DNA of 53,068 nucleotides from a virus (IMGVR_UViG_3300037762_000317:1-53068); one strand, 5' to 3'. Positions 9,896 through 17,155 are shown, numbered from the stretch's first letter. Numbers and translations are program-made. The notes: generated from the letters alone by a model not told the origin.

Positions 9896-10155
9896 CAGGC
9901 ATCCACCTCGAACAGGTGCCACACGAACGGCGGCGCGTGCGCCGTGCCGACATAGGTGCCGCCATCAGGTGCCTGGTGGCCGGTCCCGACAACCTCGAAG
10001 TGGCGGCTCTCGATCGGCGCGGCGTCGTCCACGATGGCCCAGATGCACATCGCAGCGTCCTGCCAGGCGACCTCGACGACTTGGGCGCCGCGTGGCATAC
10101 CGATCACCAGGTCGACGCGCACAAGCGGGGCTTCGTACTTCCACACGGTTCTCAT
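9895..10155 (-). CDS. conserved small phage protein
   Basis: MRTVWKYE...MPRGAQVV...IWAIVD...VVGTGH...YVGT...FVWHLFE, a recognisable widespread phage family. Confidence 0.7.
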   Translation of the reverse strand: MRTVWKYEAPLVRVDLVIGMPRGAQVVEVAWQDAAMCIWAIVDDAAPIESRHFEVVGTGHQAPDGGTYVGTAHAPPFVWHLFEVDA

Positions 10156-10379
10156 GGGTGGGTGATGAGGGTGTGGGCGAGCGCGACGCCGGTCACCGAC
10201 CCCGCGGCGAACGACAGCGTGACCCATCGGTGGCGCCACCGTCGGTACGTGTGAGGGGCGACGCGGCGGGGTTCAGCCCAGTCCGCGAACGGGTTGCCAC
10301 GCAATCGGCGCGCCACTTGCCGGCCGTACCCGCGCACGGGGAGGGGCCGTTTGTGCATCAGGTGGCGTGTGTTGAGCAT
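10152..10379 (-). CDS. small protein with C-terminal TM segment
   Basis: ATG at 10379 preceded by GGAGG; C-terminal hydrophobic stretch. Confidence 0.55.
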   Translation of the reverse strand: MLNTRHLMHKRPLPVRGYGRQVARRLRGNPFADWAEPRRVAPHTYRRWRHRWVTLSFAAGSVTGVALAHTLITHP

Positions 10380-10632
10380 CGTGCTAGCCTCCGTGGTGGT
10401 TCCTGGGTTGATGGATCCGCTTTGGGGGCGCCGGCTGCGTGGCTGGCGCCCCCTTGGGCTGTCTGGCCCCGCGCTGGCGCCGGGGGTGAGCCGGTGAGCG
10501 CGGGGGTGAGTTGAGGGCCCGCCGGGTGCGCCACCAAGAGGGGGTGCGGCGCTGTCCCTTCTGAACAAGGGACGTTCCCGGCGGGCCGTGGCCGCCAGCC
10601 GCGGGGGCTTGAGCTGACAGCCACACCTGACA
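10380..10632 (-). ncRNA. candidate structured RNA (three-way junction plus two long hairpins)
   Basis: GGCCCGCCGGG 10516-10526 pairs with CCCGGCGGGCC 10577-10587 and encloses two hairpins; further hairpins at about 10424-10453 and 10467-10505. Confidence 0.4.
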
Positions 10633-10854
10633 TCACTCGAGTCCCTCGCGGCGGCGCGCCTCGGCCAACAGGTTGTCGAATTCGGCTGGGTACCGGTCAC
10701 GTAATGCGGCGAGCGCGGCGCTGTAGGCGCGGCTGTCGACCCTTGCAGCGTTCGGGTCGCGTTTCCTCCCGGATCCGCGTGGCTGGCCGCGCGGCGGCCG
10801 TTTCATCGGTTTCATCGGCGCGGCGGGTTCAGTCTTGTCGACCCATGTGCTCAC
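10633..10854 (-). CDS. hypothetical basic protein
   Basis: GTG start overlaps the excisionase stop; ...ALAALRDRYPAEFDNLLAEARRREGL. Confidence 0.6.
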   Translation of the reverse strand: MSTWVDKTEPAAPMKPMKRPPRGQPRGSGRKRDPNAARVDSRAYSAALAALRDRYPAEFDNLLAEARRREGLE

Positions 10855-11126
10855 GCGGCACCCGCTTTGAGGAGCCATTGTTCGAGGGCGTGGCGGGGGA
10901 TGCGGATGGCGCGGCCGTGGCGGAAGTTCCCGATTTCCCCGGACCGGCATTTGGCGCGGACGGAGTCCTCGGACAACGTCAACTCGGCGGCGGCCTCGGC
11001 GACGGTCAGCATCCCGCCGTCGAGCATCGGGGTGCGGTTCTCAGCTTCGGCGGTGAGCAGTCGGGTGAGGCGGTCGATGGCGGCTTCGAGCCGCTCGACC
11101 GCCAGCTCGTTGGCGGCGGCGGTCAC
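10851..11126 (-). CDS. xis: excisionase-family HTH protein
   Basis: MLTVAEAAAELTLSEDSVRAKCRSGEIGNFRHGRAIRIPRHALEQWL. Confidence 0.8.
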   Translation of the reverse strand: MTAAANELAVERLEAAIDRLTRLLTAEAENRTPMLDGGMLTVAEAAAELTLSEDSVRAKCRSGEIGNFRHGRAIRIPRHALEQWLLKAGAA

Positions 11127-11365
11127 GACACACCCGCCTCGTCGTATTCGCGGTAATCAAGATGCGGGATTCCGGCGATGACCATCTCGCCGCAGTAGCC
11201 GCAGTGGTACTGCCCGAGCGGCGCGCCGACGAGCTGCTGCGGTTCCCACGGCCATGGGCACGGCTCACCCTCAGACGTGAGCGGACCGGTGATGTCGTCA
11301 CGGGGCAGCACGAGGTCAACCGCGTCCTTCGGCTCGATCTCGGCCCACGAACGAACTGCAGTCAT
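11123..11365 (-). CDS. hypothetical zinc-ribbon protein
   Basis: CPWPWEP...YHCGYCGEMV. Confidence 0.65.
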   Translation of the reverse strand: MTAVRSWAEIEPKDAVDLVLPRDDITGPLTSEGEPCPWPWEPQQLVGAPLGQYHCGYCGEMVIAGIPHLDYREYDEAGVS

Positions 11366-11610
11366 CAGTGGCCGCCGTGTTCGCTTGGGCACACGTGCCG
11401 CCCGGTGGTGTGGTCGTGCATGCCGTGCGTGGTCGCGTCACACGTGGGCTGGCTGGTGGGGTCTTCGCCGACCGCGTCGACGGGCACCGTGTCAGCCGGA
11501 TGCTGTTCGACAGGTTGGTCGGCGGGTTGGGCGCATCCGGTGAGGAGGGTGAGGGTGGTTGCGGCGGCGACGACGAAACGCTTCACGATGCGTCCTGTTC
11601 TGTGAGTCAT
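11365..11610 (-). CDS. putative lipoprotein
   Basis: signal peptide ending in lipobox LTG-C; ATGA-coupled to the Tas-like ORF. Confidence 0.65.
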   Translation of the reverse strand: MTHRTGRIVKRFVVAAATTLTLLTGCAQPADQPVEQHPADTVPVDAVGEDPTSQPTCDATTHGMHDHTTGRHVCPSEHGGH

Positions 11611-13085
11611 GCGGCACCCCCAGCGCGGCGAGGATGGGACTCGGATGGTCTATGGCTGGGGGTGCCGCCTCCCGACGAATGGGCAGTGGGCGTCGCGGCG
11701 TCACTGGTCGGGAGTTCTTCGCCCCCACCAGCGGAAGCCCGCTGGGTGCCGAGCGCCACATGGCCGGTGGGGGCGTCTCCCGGCGCCCCTTGTATGGGTG
11801 CCGCTACTTCGCTGGCCGGGAGGGTTCTTCGTGCTTCGCGCCACAGGTCGAGCAGGATGCGTTTGGACACGAGGCGCATGGCGCGGGCGTGCTTGTGTCC
11901 GTCGCTCAGCGGCGACCCGACCGCGGCAGGGTCACCCTTCGGGCCGCAGCGCTTGCACTCGACTGGGTGGACGGCGTCGGCGTACTTCGCGCGCCCGTCG
12001 TCGTAGACGTCGCGGTAGGGCGACCGCCGCTTGGTCGACGGCGGGCCGATCTGCTTGATGCAGGACTCGGCGACGACGTAGACGCGGGACTTGGCTTCGG
12101 TCGACCAATTCGCCCGCTGGCCGCGTGCGCGGGTCGGCGCCACCCCGACGCAAGCTATGTGGTCGTCGGTCTCCTGGTGGTCGGGGTGGCGTCCGTCATC
12201 CCCATGGTTCCCCTGGGCATCGATCCGAACGTGGGGGATGACGTGTAACCCGCAGTAGGCCCATAGCTTCGCGGGGTTCAGGCGGGTGGCGGGGTCGCCG
12301 ATCGCGGCGATAAGCCGTGCGGCCTGTTTCTCGCCGACGCCGACGTTGTCCTTCACCCACTGCGCGAGATAATGGCGGCGCATCGCCCGTTTGAGCATGA
12401 GCGTGGCGCCGTGCTCCATCGCCTGGATCTGCCCGAGCATGTCCCGCATCGCGCCGACTTCCGGGAGCCCTTCGGGGAGGCCCTTGCCGTGGGTGACGCC
12501 GTCGACCTCCCACGTGGTGGTCAGTGAGCGGATGCGGTTTTCGTGGGCGATGCGGACCTGTTCGATGTCGCCGAGCAGGTCGGCGTGGACGAGCAGCAGC
12601 GCGTCCTCCACCCCCCTGGCGCTCCCGATCTGGGCGTCGTGCGCGTCTTGGCCTTCGGGGGATGGAGGACCGCCACCGACGGAACTTGAATGGTCGTCGC
12701 TCGGTCGATGGTCGGTGGCGGCCACGACACATGCTTGGTCGTCGCGGATGGAATGGTGACCGCCACCGACGTCCGCACGTTGGGCATCCAGCAAGGTCTG
12801 GTCGGTGGCGGCCACGCTCGTTGTTTGGGCATCGACAGCTCGCTGGTGACCGCCACCAACGATGCGCCATTGGGCATCGCGCGCAGTGTGGTCGGTGGCG
12901 GCCACGGGCGGGATTTGGGTGCCGCATGTGCAATGGTGGCCGCCATCGACGCAGGGGCTTTGGGCGTCGGTGCCAGGATGGTCGATGGCGGCCACGAAAG
13001 GAACATGGGTCTCGTCTGTTGCTTGGTGACCGCCACGACCGTCCACCGACTGGATATCGCGGTCATGATGGATCGTGGCGGTCAT
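11607..13085 (-). CDS. tasA: TasA-like Nop/IS110-Tnp-domain RNA-binding protein with no nuclease domain; folded core about 12611-11830, remainder is translated guide array
   Basis: coiled coil DIEQVRIAHENRIRSL, then GVGEKQAARLIAAIGDP...LWAYCGLHV...RGQRANWS...VAESCIK...SPYRDVYD...GHKHARAMRLVSKRILLDLW; no RuvC DEDD or HNH domain; embedded dual-spacer array. Confidence 0.8.
   Translation of the reverse strand: MTATIHHDRDIQSVDGRGGHQATDETHVPFVAAIDHPGTDAQSPCVDGGHHCTCGTQIPPVAATDHTARDAQWRIVGGGHQRAVDAQTTSVAATDQTLLDAQRADVGGGHHSIRDDQACVVAATDHRPSDDHSSSVGGGPPSPEGQDAHDAQIGSARGVEDALLLVHADLLGDIEQVRIAHENRIRSLTTTWEVDGVTHGKGLPEGLPEVGAMRDMLGQIQAMEHGATLMLKRAMRRHYLAQWVKDNVGVGEKQAARLIAAIGDPATRLNPAKLWAYCGLHVIPHVRIDAQGNHGDDGRHPDHQETDDHIACVGVAPTRARGQRANWSTEAKSRVYVVAESCIKQIGPPSTKRRSPYRDVYDDGRAKYADAVHPVECKRCGPKGDPAAVGSPLSDGHKHARAMRLVSKRILLDLWREARRTLPASEVAAPIQGAPGDAPTGHVALGTQRASAGGGEELPTSDAATPTAHSSGGGTPSHRPSESHPRRAGGAA
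11611..11822 (-). ncRNA. TIGR-like array block 3: 4 stem-loop units in the 3' end of the ORF
   Basis: four CCA-N9-CGNNNCCCA-N9-CG units, each closed by its own 8-14-bp inverted repeat (11611-11668, 11669-11714, 11720-11775, 11777-11822). Confidence 0.85.
12138..12243 (-). ncRNA. TIGR-like array block 2: 2 stem-loop units inserted in frame inside the Nop domain
   Basis: CGTCATCCCCCA-cgttcggat-CGATGCCCA-ggggaacca-TGGGGATGACG and CGCCACCCCGACCA-ccaggagac-CGACGACCA-catagcttg-CGTCGGGGTGGCG. Confidence 0.8.
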
Positions 13086-13086
13086 G
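12604..13086 (-). ncRNA. TIGR-like array block 1: 10 dual-spacer units (9 at an exact 45-bp period)
   Basis: 18-nt edge repeats ending CCA, 9-nt spacer A, 9-nt loop repeat CGATGCCCA-like, 9-nt spacer B; all spacers different. Confidence 0.88.
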
Positions 13087-13549
13087 AGCGCATCACATCC
13101 TCAACAAGGCCGTCGTCGAGATCGCCGACCGTCACCGCGCCCGCCTTCGCCATCTCACCGCGAAGCCGGTCGTAGCGGTCAGCGAACGTAGAGTTCCGAG
13201 CCGCCCGCTCGCGGTACTGGTCAGCGATGAATTCAACCTCCGCAGCGGTGCAGTCGCCGAGGCGCTTCCACTGCGGCACCCACACCTGCCAGACCTTCGG
13301 GTTCGCCACATGTGGACGTGCCCGCGCGTACTTCGACTCGCCCTGCGCTGGCGCCGGTGCCACTGAGGTCCGCTGGCGTATATCAGCGAGCCGATGGCGT
13401 GCGAGCCGATGGCGTGCCGCCTCACGGACCGCCCACACGATCAACTCGTCGCGTTGGTCGTCGTTGATATTCGGCAGGACCTTCTCGGAGATCTCATCGG
13501 GTCCGACCGCCCCATCGGCGATCGCGTCATCGATCAGCTCATTAAGCAT
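13082..13549 (-). CDS. hypothetical protein directly upstream of and coupled to tasA (candidate accessory factor)
   Basis: ...WKRLGDCTAAEVEFIADQY...YDRLRGEM...VTVGDL; stop overlaps the ATG of the Tas-like ORF. Confidence 0.7.
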   Translation of the reverse strand: MLNELIDDAIADGAVGPDEISEKVLPNINDDQRDELIVWAVREAARHRLARHRLADIRQRTSVAPAPAQGESKYARARPHVANPKVWQVWVPQWKRLGDCTAAEVEFIADQYRERAARNSTFADRYDRLRGEMAKAGAVTVGDLDDGLVEDVMRS

Positions 13550-13818
13550 TACGACAGCACCTCGTAGGCCGCTTCGAGCGTGTCGGGCGGCACGGACCGA
13601 AAGCCTGGGATGTCGTCGGCGAGCACGGCGGCCCAGCCGGGGAACACATGCTCTTCGCCTTCGGCGGTATGAATGACGAGGGTGCGGCGGGTGTCGCCGA
13701 TGGTGGGCGTGAAGTCATAGGCGGCCATGCCGAGGGCGACCAGTTCGCGGAGCGCTTCACGGGTGTCGTCCCAGGTGACTGCGTGGGCTAGCAGCGGCTT
13801 GTGGCGGACGCGCATCAC
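13549..13818 (-). CDS. conserved small phage protein
   Basis: RHKPLLAHAVTW...LVIHTAEG...GFRSVPPDTLEAAYE resembles the widespread KKPV..TLEG..GE.YP..F..TYE phage family. Confidence 0.65.
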   Translation of the reverse strand: MMRVRHKPLLAHAVTWDDTREALRELVALGMAAYDFTPTIGDTRRTLVIHTAEGEEHVFPGWAAVLADDIPGFRSVPPDTLEAAYEVLS

Positions 13819-14072
13819 TGAGCCACCGCTTCGGCGTCAGGGTCGGTGAGCGCTTCCATGACCGCGTCGTCGCGGACGCCCAACGCGACGGCGATCTCGT
13901 GGCCGACGTCCCACGTCATCGGACGCGACTGGTTGATGACCAGCGACAGGGTGCTGCGGGAGATGTTCGTCTCGTCCGCGAGCTGCGTGATCGTCATGCC
14001 GCGCTCGCGGAGGAACTGGCGGATCGGCCCTTCGAGCGGCCGGTAGCGGGTTCTGTGTCGGCGGTCGTTCAT
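13815..14072 (-). CDS. Cro-like XRE HTH regulator
   Basis: LRERGMTITQLADETNISRSTLSLVINQSR; divergent from the repressor; first gene of the early arm. Confidence 0.85.
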   Translation of the reverse strand: MNDRRHRTRYRPLEGPIRQFLRERGMTITQLADETNISRSTLSLVINQSRPMTWDVGHEIAVALGVRDDAVMEALTDPDAEAVAQ

Positions 14073-14078
14073 GCGGTC

Positions 14079-14107
14079 AACGTAGCGCCGATCGCAGCGC
14101 AACGCAA
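14079..14107 (-). promoter_or_regulatory. early lytic promoter (leaderless)
   Basis: TTGCGT-N17-TACGTT then 6 nt to the cro ATG. Confidence 0.65.
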
Positions 14108-14172
14108 CACATCATCTAACGCTCAGAGCGGGTTACCCTGCGGTATCGGCTTGCCGCTGCGGAAAACGGGGG

Positions 14173-14221
14173 GTTGCGCGCATCGGAAACGTTGCGTACT
14201 GTTGCGCAGATGACCCATACT
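14173..14221 (+). promoter_or_regulatory. repressor promoter/operators
   Basis: TTGCGC-N17-TACTGT and three GTTGCG repeats (14173, 14191, 14201). Confidence 0.5.
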
Positions 14222-14231
14222 GGCAGGCAAG

Positions 14232-14570
14232 ATGCGACCACACCTCGGAGATCTGATCCGCGCCATGCGCGAAGATCGGGGTCTCAGCATGCGCGAGCTG
14301 GCACGCCGTTCCAACGTCGACATCTCGACGTTGTCGCGGTTGGAGTCACACACCCACGCGACGATGACACGGGAGAACACCTCACGAGTCGCGCAGGCCC
14401 TCGGAACGACCGTCGAGGAGGTCGAACGTCGGCTCGGTCACAACAACGACCAACCGGCCCCACGTCGCTGGCCGAGCGTGGAAGAGGTCATCGAGCGGGA
14501 CCGGGAGCTCACTGCGGTTCAGAAGGCCGCTCTGGTCGCTCACTATCGGTCGTACGTCCACAGGCGATGA
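14232..14570 (+). CDS. immunity repressor (XRE HTH)
   Basis: LGDLIRAMREDRGLSMRELARRSNVDISTLSRLE; divergent from cro, upstream of the integrase. Confidence 0.85.
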   Translation: MRPHLGDLIRAMREDRGLSMRELARRSNVDISTLSRLESHTHATMTRENTSRVAQALGTTVEEVERRLGHNNDQPAPRRWPSVEEVIERDRELTAVQKAALVAHYRSYVHRR

Positions 14571-14828
14571 CCGCCGAGGCGCCGTCCAACGCGGCCGTCG
14601 CAGCATTGAGTCGTTCGCGGTGCCATGCCAACTCGTCGCGGAGGCGGCCGTTCTCCGCCAGCCACCGGAGAACCACTATGGCGGCCGCGAGGGCGAGGTG
14701 TGTGGGGGTGGTATGCATGGTGACCCCTGGTGCGTACGAACAGGTGCGTCAGGCTGCCGTCTTTCGCCTGGTGAAAGCAAGCGGTTGACACAGTGCTGTA
14801 AAGATTTGACGGACAGTAAGGAGGGGTC

Positions 14829-15074
14829 ATGAGCGAGCAGTGGCTAAACGCTTGTGTCGGGTTGGCCAAGCTCTACTGGAACGAGTACGGCTACGGCGCG
14901 CCAAGCGAGACCGCCGACATGCACGAGGGTGACCGCACTCGCGCAAACACGACGGCTGATGAGGTCGCCGCTCTGCGCTGGTTGGAGGAACAGCCTGAGT
15001 TTCAAGAGGCGTGGGCGCGCGCTCAGGGCTTAGGGTCTTGGGCTGCGCGGATGGCCGACAGGGAGGGGTTGTGA
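14829..15074 (+). CDS. hypothetical protein
   Basis: strong RBS TAAGGAGG; 81 aa. Confidence 0.65.
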   Translation: MSEQWLNACVGLAKLYWNEYGYGAPSETADMHEGDRTRANTTADEVAALRWLEEQPEFQEAWARAQGLGSWAARMADREGL

Positions 15075-15313
15075 TGGGTGGGGGGCGTCGGGCTGCTGCG
15101 GATCGGGCGTACCACCGCTACGTGGACGCGGGTCGTCGGGCGGGGGAGGTCCGCCGCCACGCCGGCCGGATCGCCGACACCCCCTCCAAGCACCTGGAGG
15201 CATTGGGCGAGGCGGCGCTGATCGACCTGGAGGAGACGCTGCGGGTGGTGTCGGACGAGTTGGACGTCCAGGCCGACATCCGCCGCCACGGACAGCGAAG
15301 GAACAGCCGATGA
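15074..15313 (+). CDS. hypothetical protein
   Basis: TGATG coupling; helical C-terminus. Confidence 0.55.
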   Translation: MGGGRRAAADRAYHRYVDAGRRAGEVRRHAGRIADTPSKHLEALGEAALIDLEETLRVVSDELDVQADIRRHGQRRNSR

Positions 15314-15492
15314 TCGTCTCCGCTGACCGCACCGTGGTCGTGATCGGCCCCGACGAGATGGTCGCGTTCAAGGACGAGTTGATCGCCGTCTATCACATTG
15401 TTGGGAACACGAATACCCTGGTCTACAGCGGCGTGCGGGGCTTCCAGGATCTGCCGCTGTTGGCTGCGCTGGCTGATGCGTTGGATGTGTGA
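15310..15492 (+). CDS. hypothetical protein
   Basis: ATGA coupling, RBS AAGGA. Confidence 0.55.
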   Translation: MIVSADRTVVVIGPDEMVAFKDELIAVYHIVGNTNTLVYSGVRGFQDLPLLAALADALDV

Positions 15493-15496
15493 CGTG

Positions 15497-15769
15497 GTGA
15501 GCGGTCATGCCCCAATGACGGCCGGCGAACTGCGACAGGTGCTTGCGAACTATCCCGACTCCACCCGCATCGTGCTGGCGAAGGACGCTGAGGGCAACGG
15601 ATATAGCCCACTGTATGAGGTCGTCGTGGCGATGTATGCCGCTGAGACGACGTGGTCGGGCGAGTACTTCCTGCGCGAGCGGGAGCGCCTTGCGCAGGAG
15701 GATCCGGACGACTGGGATCCTGCGCCGGATGATGCGGTTGAGGCCCTGTTTCTGTGGCCGGTCAACTGA
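15497..15769 (+). CDS. conserved actinophage protein
   Basis: MTAGELRQVLANYP...VLAKDAEGNGYSPL...LFLWPVN pattern. Confidence 0.7.
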   Translation: MSGHAPMTAGELRQVLANYPDSTRIVLAKDAEGNGYSPLYEVVVAMYAAETTWSGEYFLRERERLAQEDPDDWDPAPDDAVEALFLWPVN

Positions 15770-15770
15770 C

Positions 15771-16955
15771 GTGAGTGTGCATAAGTATGTCGACGCGGGG
15801 GGCCATGCGCGGTGGCGGGTCAACTACGAGCTGCCACCCCACTCGGAAACTGGCAAGCGGCGGAAGTCCACGAAACGCGGGTTCCCGACGAAGCGTGCCG
15901 CGAAGGTGTGGGAGGACGGGTTGCGTGGGCGCATCGCGCAGGGCGACATCCCGCCGGTGCGTGAGCGACGGCAGACGGTCGGCGGCTATCTGCGCGGCTG
16001 GTATGCGGGCGTCGGCGGGAAAGAGACGTGGCGTGCGCATTGCCGCGACATGTGCGAGTGGTACGTGCTCCCGCATCTCGGGGGCTTCCCGCTCGACCAG
16101 CTCGAGCCGGAGCATGTCGACGCGTGTTACCGGCTGCTCGAGCGCGGCGGGTGGCGGCGCAGGACAGCGAAAGGCAAGCTGCGGGGCGTGGGGCCGCTGG
16201 CGCCGAAGACGGTCCGCAACGTCCACATCGTCCTGCACCGCGCCCTCGCTGTAGCGGTCGAACGGAAGCGTCTGCGCCGCAATGTGGCGAGTCTGGCGCA
16301 CCCGCCGACGCAGAAGGCCGCCAAGTCGCGGAACGCCGAGCGGGTGTGGACCCCCGAGCAGCTGCAGGCGTGGCTGGCGCACATCGCCGGCGACCGGCTA
16401 TACGGGGTGTGGTATCTCGCGATGACGACGGGGATGCGCCGCGGCGAGCTCGCCGGCCTGCACTGGGTCGACGTCGACCTTGAGTCTGGGACTGTCAGGG
16501 TGCGGTGGGAGCTGACCGTCGTGGACAACCGTCCGACGTGGGTGGACGGCGCCAAGACCACGGCGGGGGAGCGGACCGTCGACCTCGACGCGCGGACTGT
16601 GGAGGTTCTAAGGACCCATCACGCCCGTTTGTCGCAAGAAAAGCTGGCGTGCGGCCCCGCGTACCACGATGAGAACCTGGTGGTGTGTTGGGAAGACGGG
16701 ACGCTGATGCATCCGGACCGGCTGTTACGCGCCCTGTATCGGCACGCGAAGGCGCTCGATCTGCCGAGGATCAACGTGCATGGCCTACGGCATTCCTACG
16801 CGACGATCGCGCTCGACAGCGGGGAGGATCACAAGGTGGTGTCGGAGCGGTTGGGGCACGCGTCGGCGGCGACGACGATGGACGTCTACCGGCATGTGTC
16901 CGACGCGCAGCATCGAGCCGCCGCCGAACGCATAGCGAAAAGGATCACCGGATGA
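15771..16955 (+). CDS. int: tyrosine integrase
   Basis: arm-binding N-terminus (TGKRRKSTKRGFPTKRAA); catalytic TGMRRGE, KT, HGLRHS, LGH, DVYRH. Confidence 0.95.
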   Translation: MSVHKYVDAGGHARWRVNYELPPHSETGKRRKSTKRGFPTKRAAKVWEDGLRGRIAQGDIPPVRERRQTVGGYLRGWYAGVGGKETWRAHCRDMCEWYVLPHLGGFPLDQLEPEHVDACYRLLERGGWRRRTAKGKLRGVGPLAPKTVRNVHIVLHRALAVAVERKRLRRNVASLAHPPTQKAAKSRNAERVWTPEQLQAWLAHIAGDRLYGVWYLAMTTGMRRGELAGLHWVDVDLESGTVRVRWELTVVDNRPTWVDGAKTTAGERTVDLDARTVEVLRTHHARLSQEKLACGPAYHDENLVVCWEDGTLMHPDRLLRALYRHAKALDLPRINVHGLRHSYATIALDSGEDHKVVSERLGHASAATTMDVYRHVSDAQHRAAAERIAKRITG

Positions 16956-17155
16956 ACGAGGCGTTTTCGCTGTGCGACGTCTACTACTTCTGCGGCTGCT
17001 GCGGCGGCGACATCGACGTCGACGGCGACATCGAGGACTGGTGTCGCTTATGCGAGGAGCATGTGCTGTCGGAAGGCGCGTTGTGGAACCGGACGTTCTA
17101 TGCGCAATGGAAGCGCCCGTGTCCGTATCAACCGATCGAGATCGACGTTGACTGA
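16952..17155 (+). CDS. small Cys-rich hypothetical protein (cassette ORF)
   Basis: ATG overlaps the integrase TGA; FCGCCG...WCRLC. Confidence 0.65.
   Translation: MNEAFSLCDVYYFCGCCGGDIDVDGDIEDWCRLCEEHVLSEGALWNRTFYAQWKRPCPYQPIEIDVD

Noticed and set aside
11607-13085. IS110/IS116 insertion sequence
   Set aside because: No N-terminal RuvC-like DEDD domain and no catalytic SG motif; the gene is coupled into the phage operon with no element boundaries.
12663-13085. Ordinary protein tandem repeat (GGGH/VAATDH)
   Set aside because: Conservation is at the nucleotide level with compensatory base pairs and exact 9-nt hypervariable blocks, which points to RNA rather than peptide selection.
12604-13086. 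CRISPR array
   Set aside because: Variable segments are 9 nt and paired around a second repeat, repeats alternate, and there is no cas operon; the Cas4-like exonuclease is a standard phage recombination gene 4 kb away.
13386-13415. 15-bp tandem duplication GCGAGCCGATGGCGT x2
   Set aside because: In-frame slippage duplication (ARHRL x2) that lacks the CCA-N9-loop-N9 pattern, so it is not part of the array.
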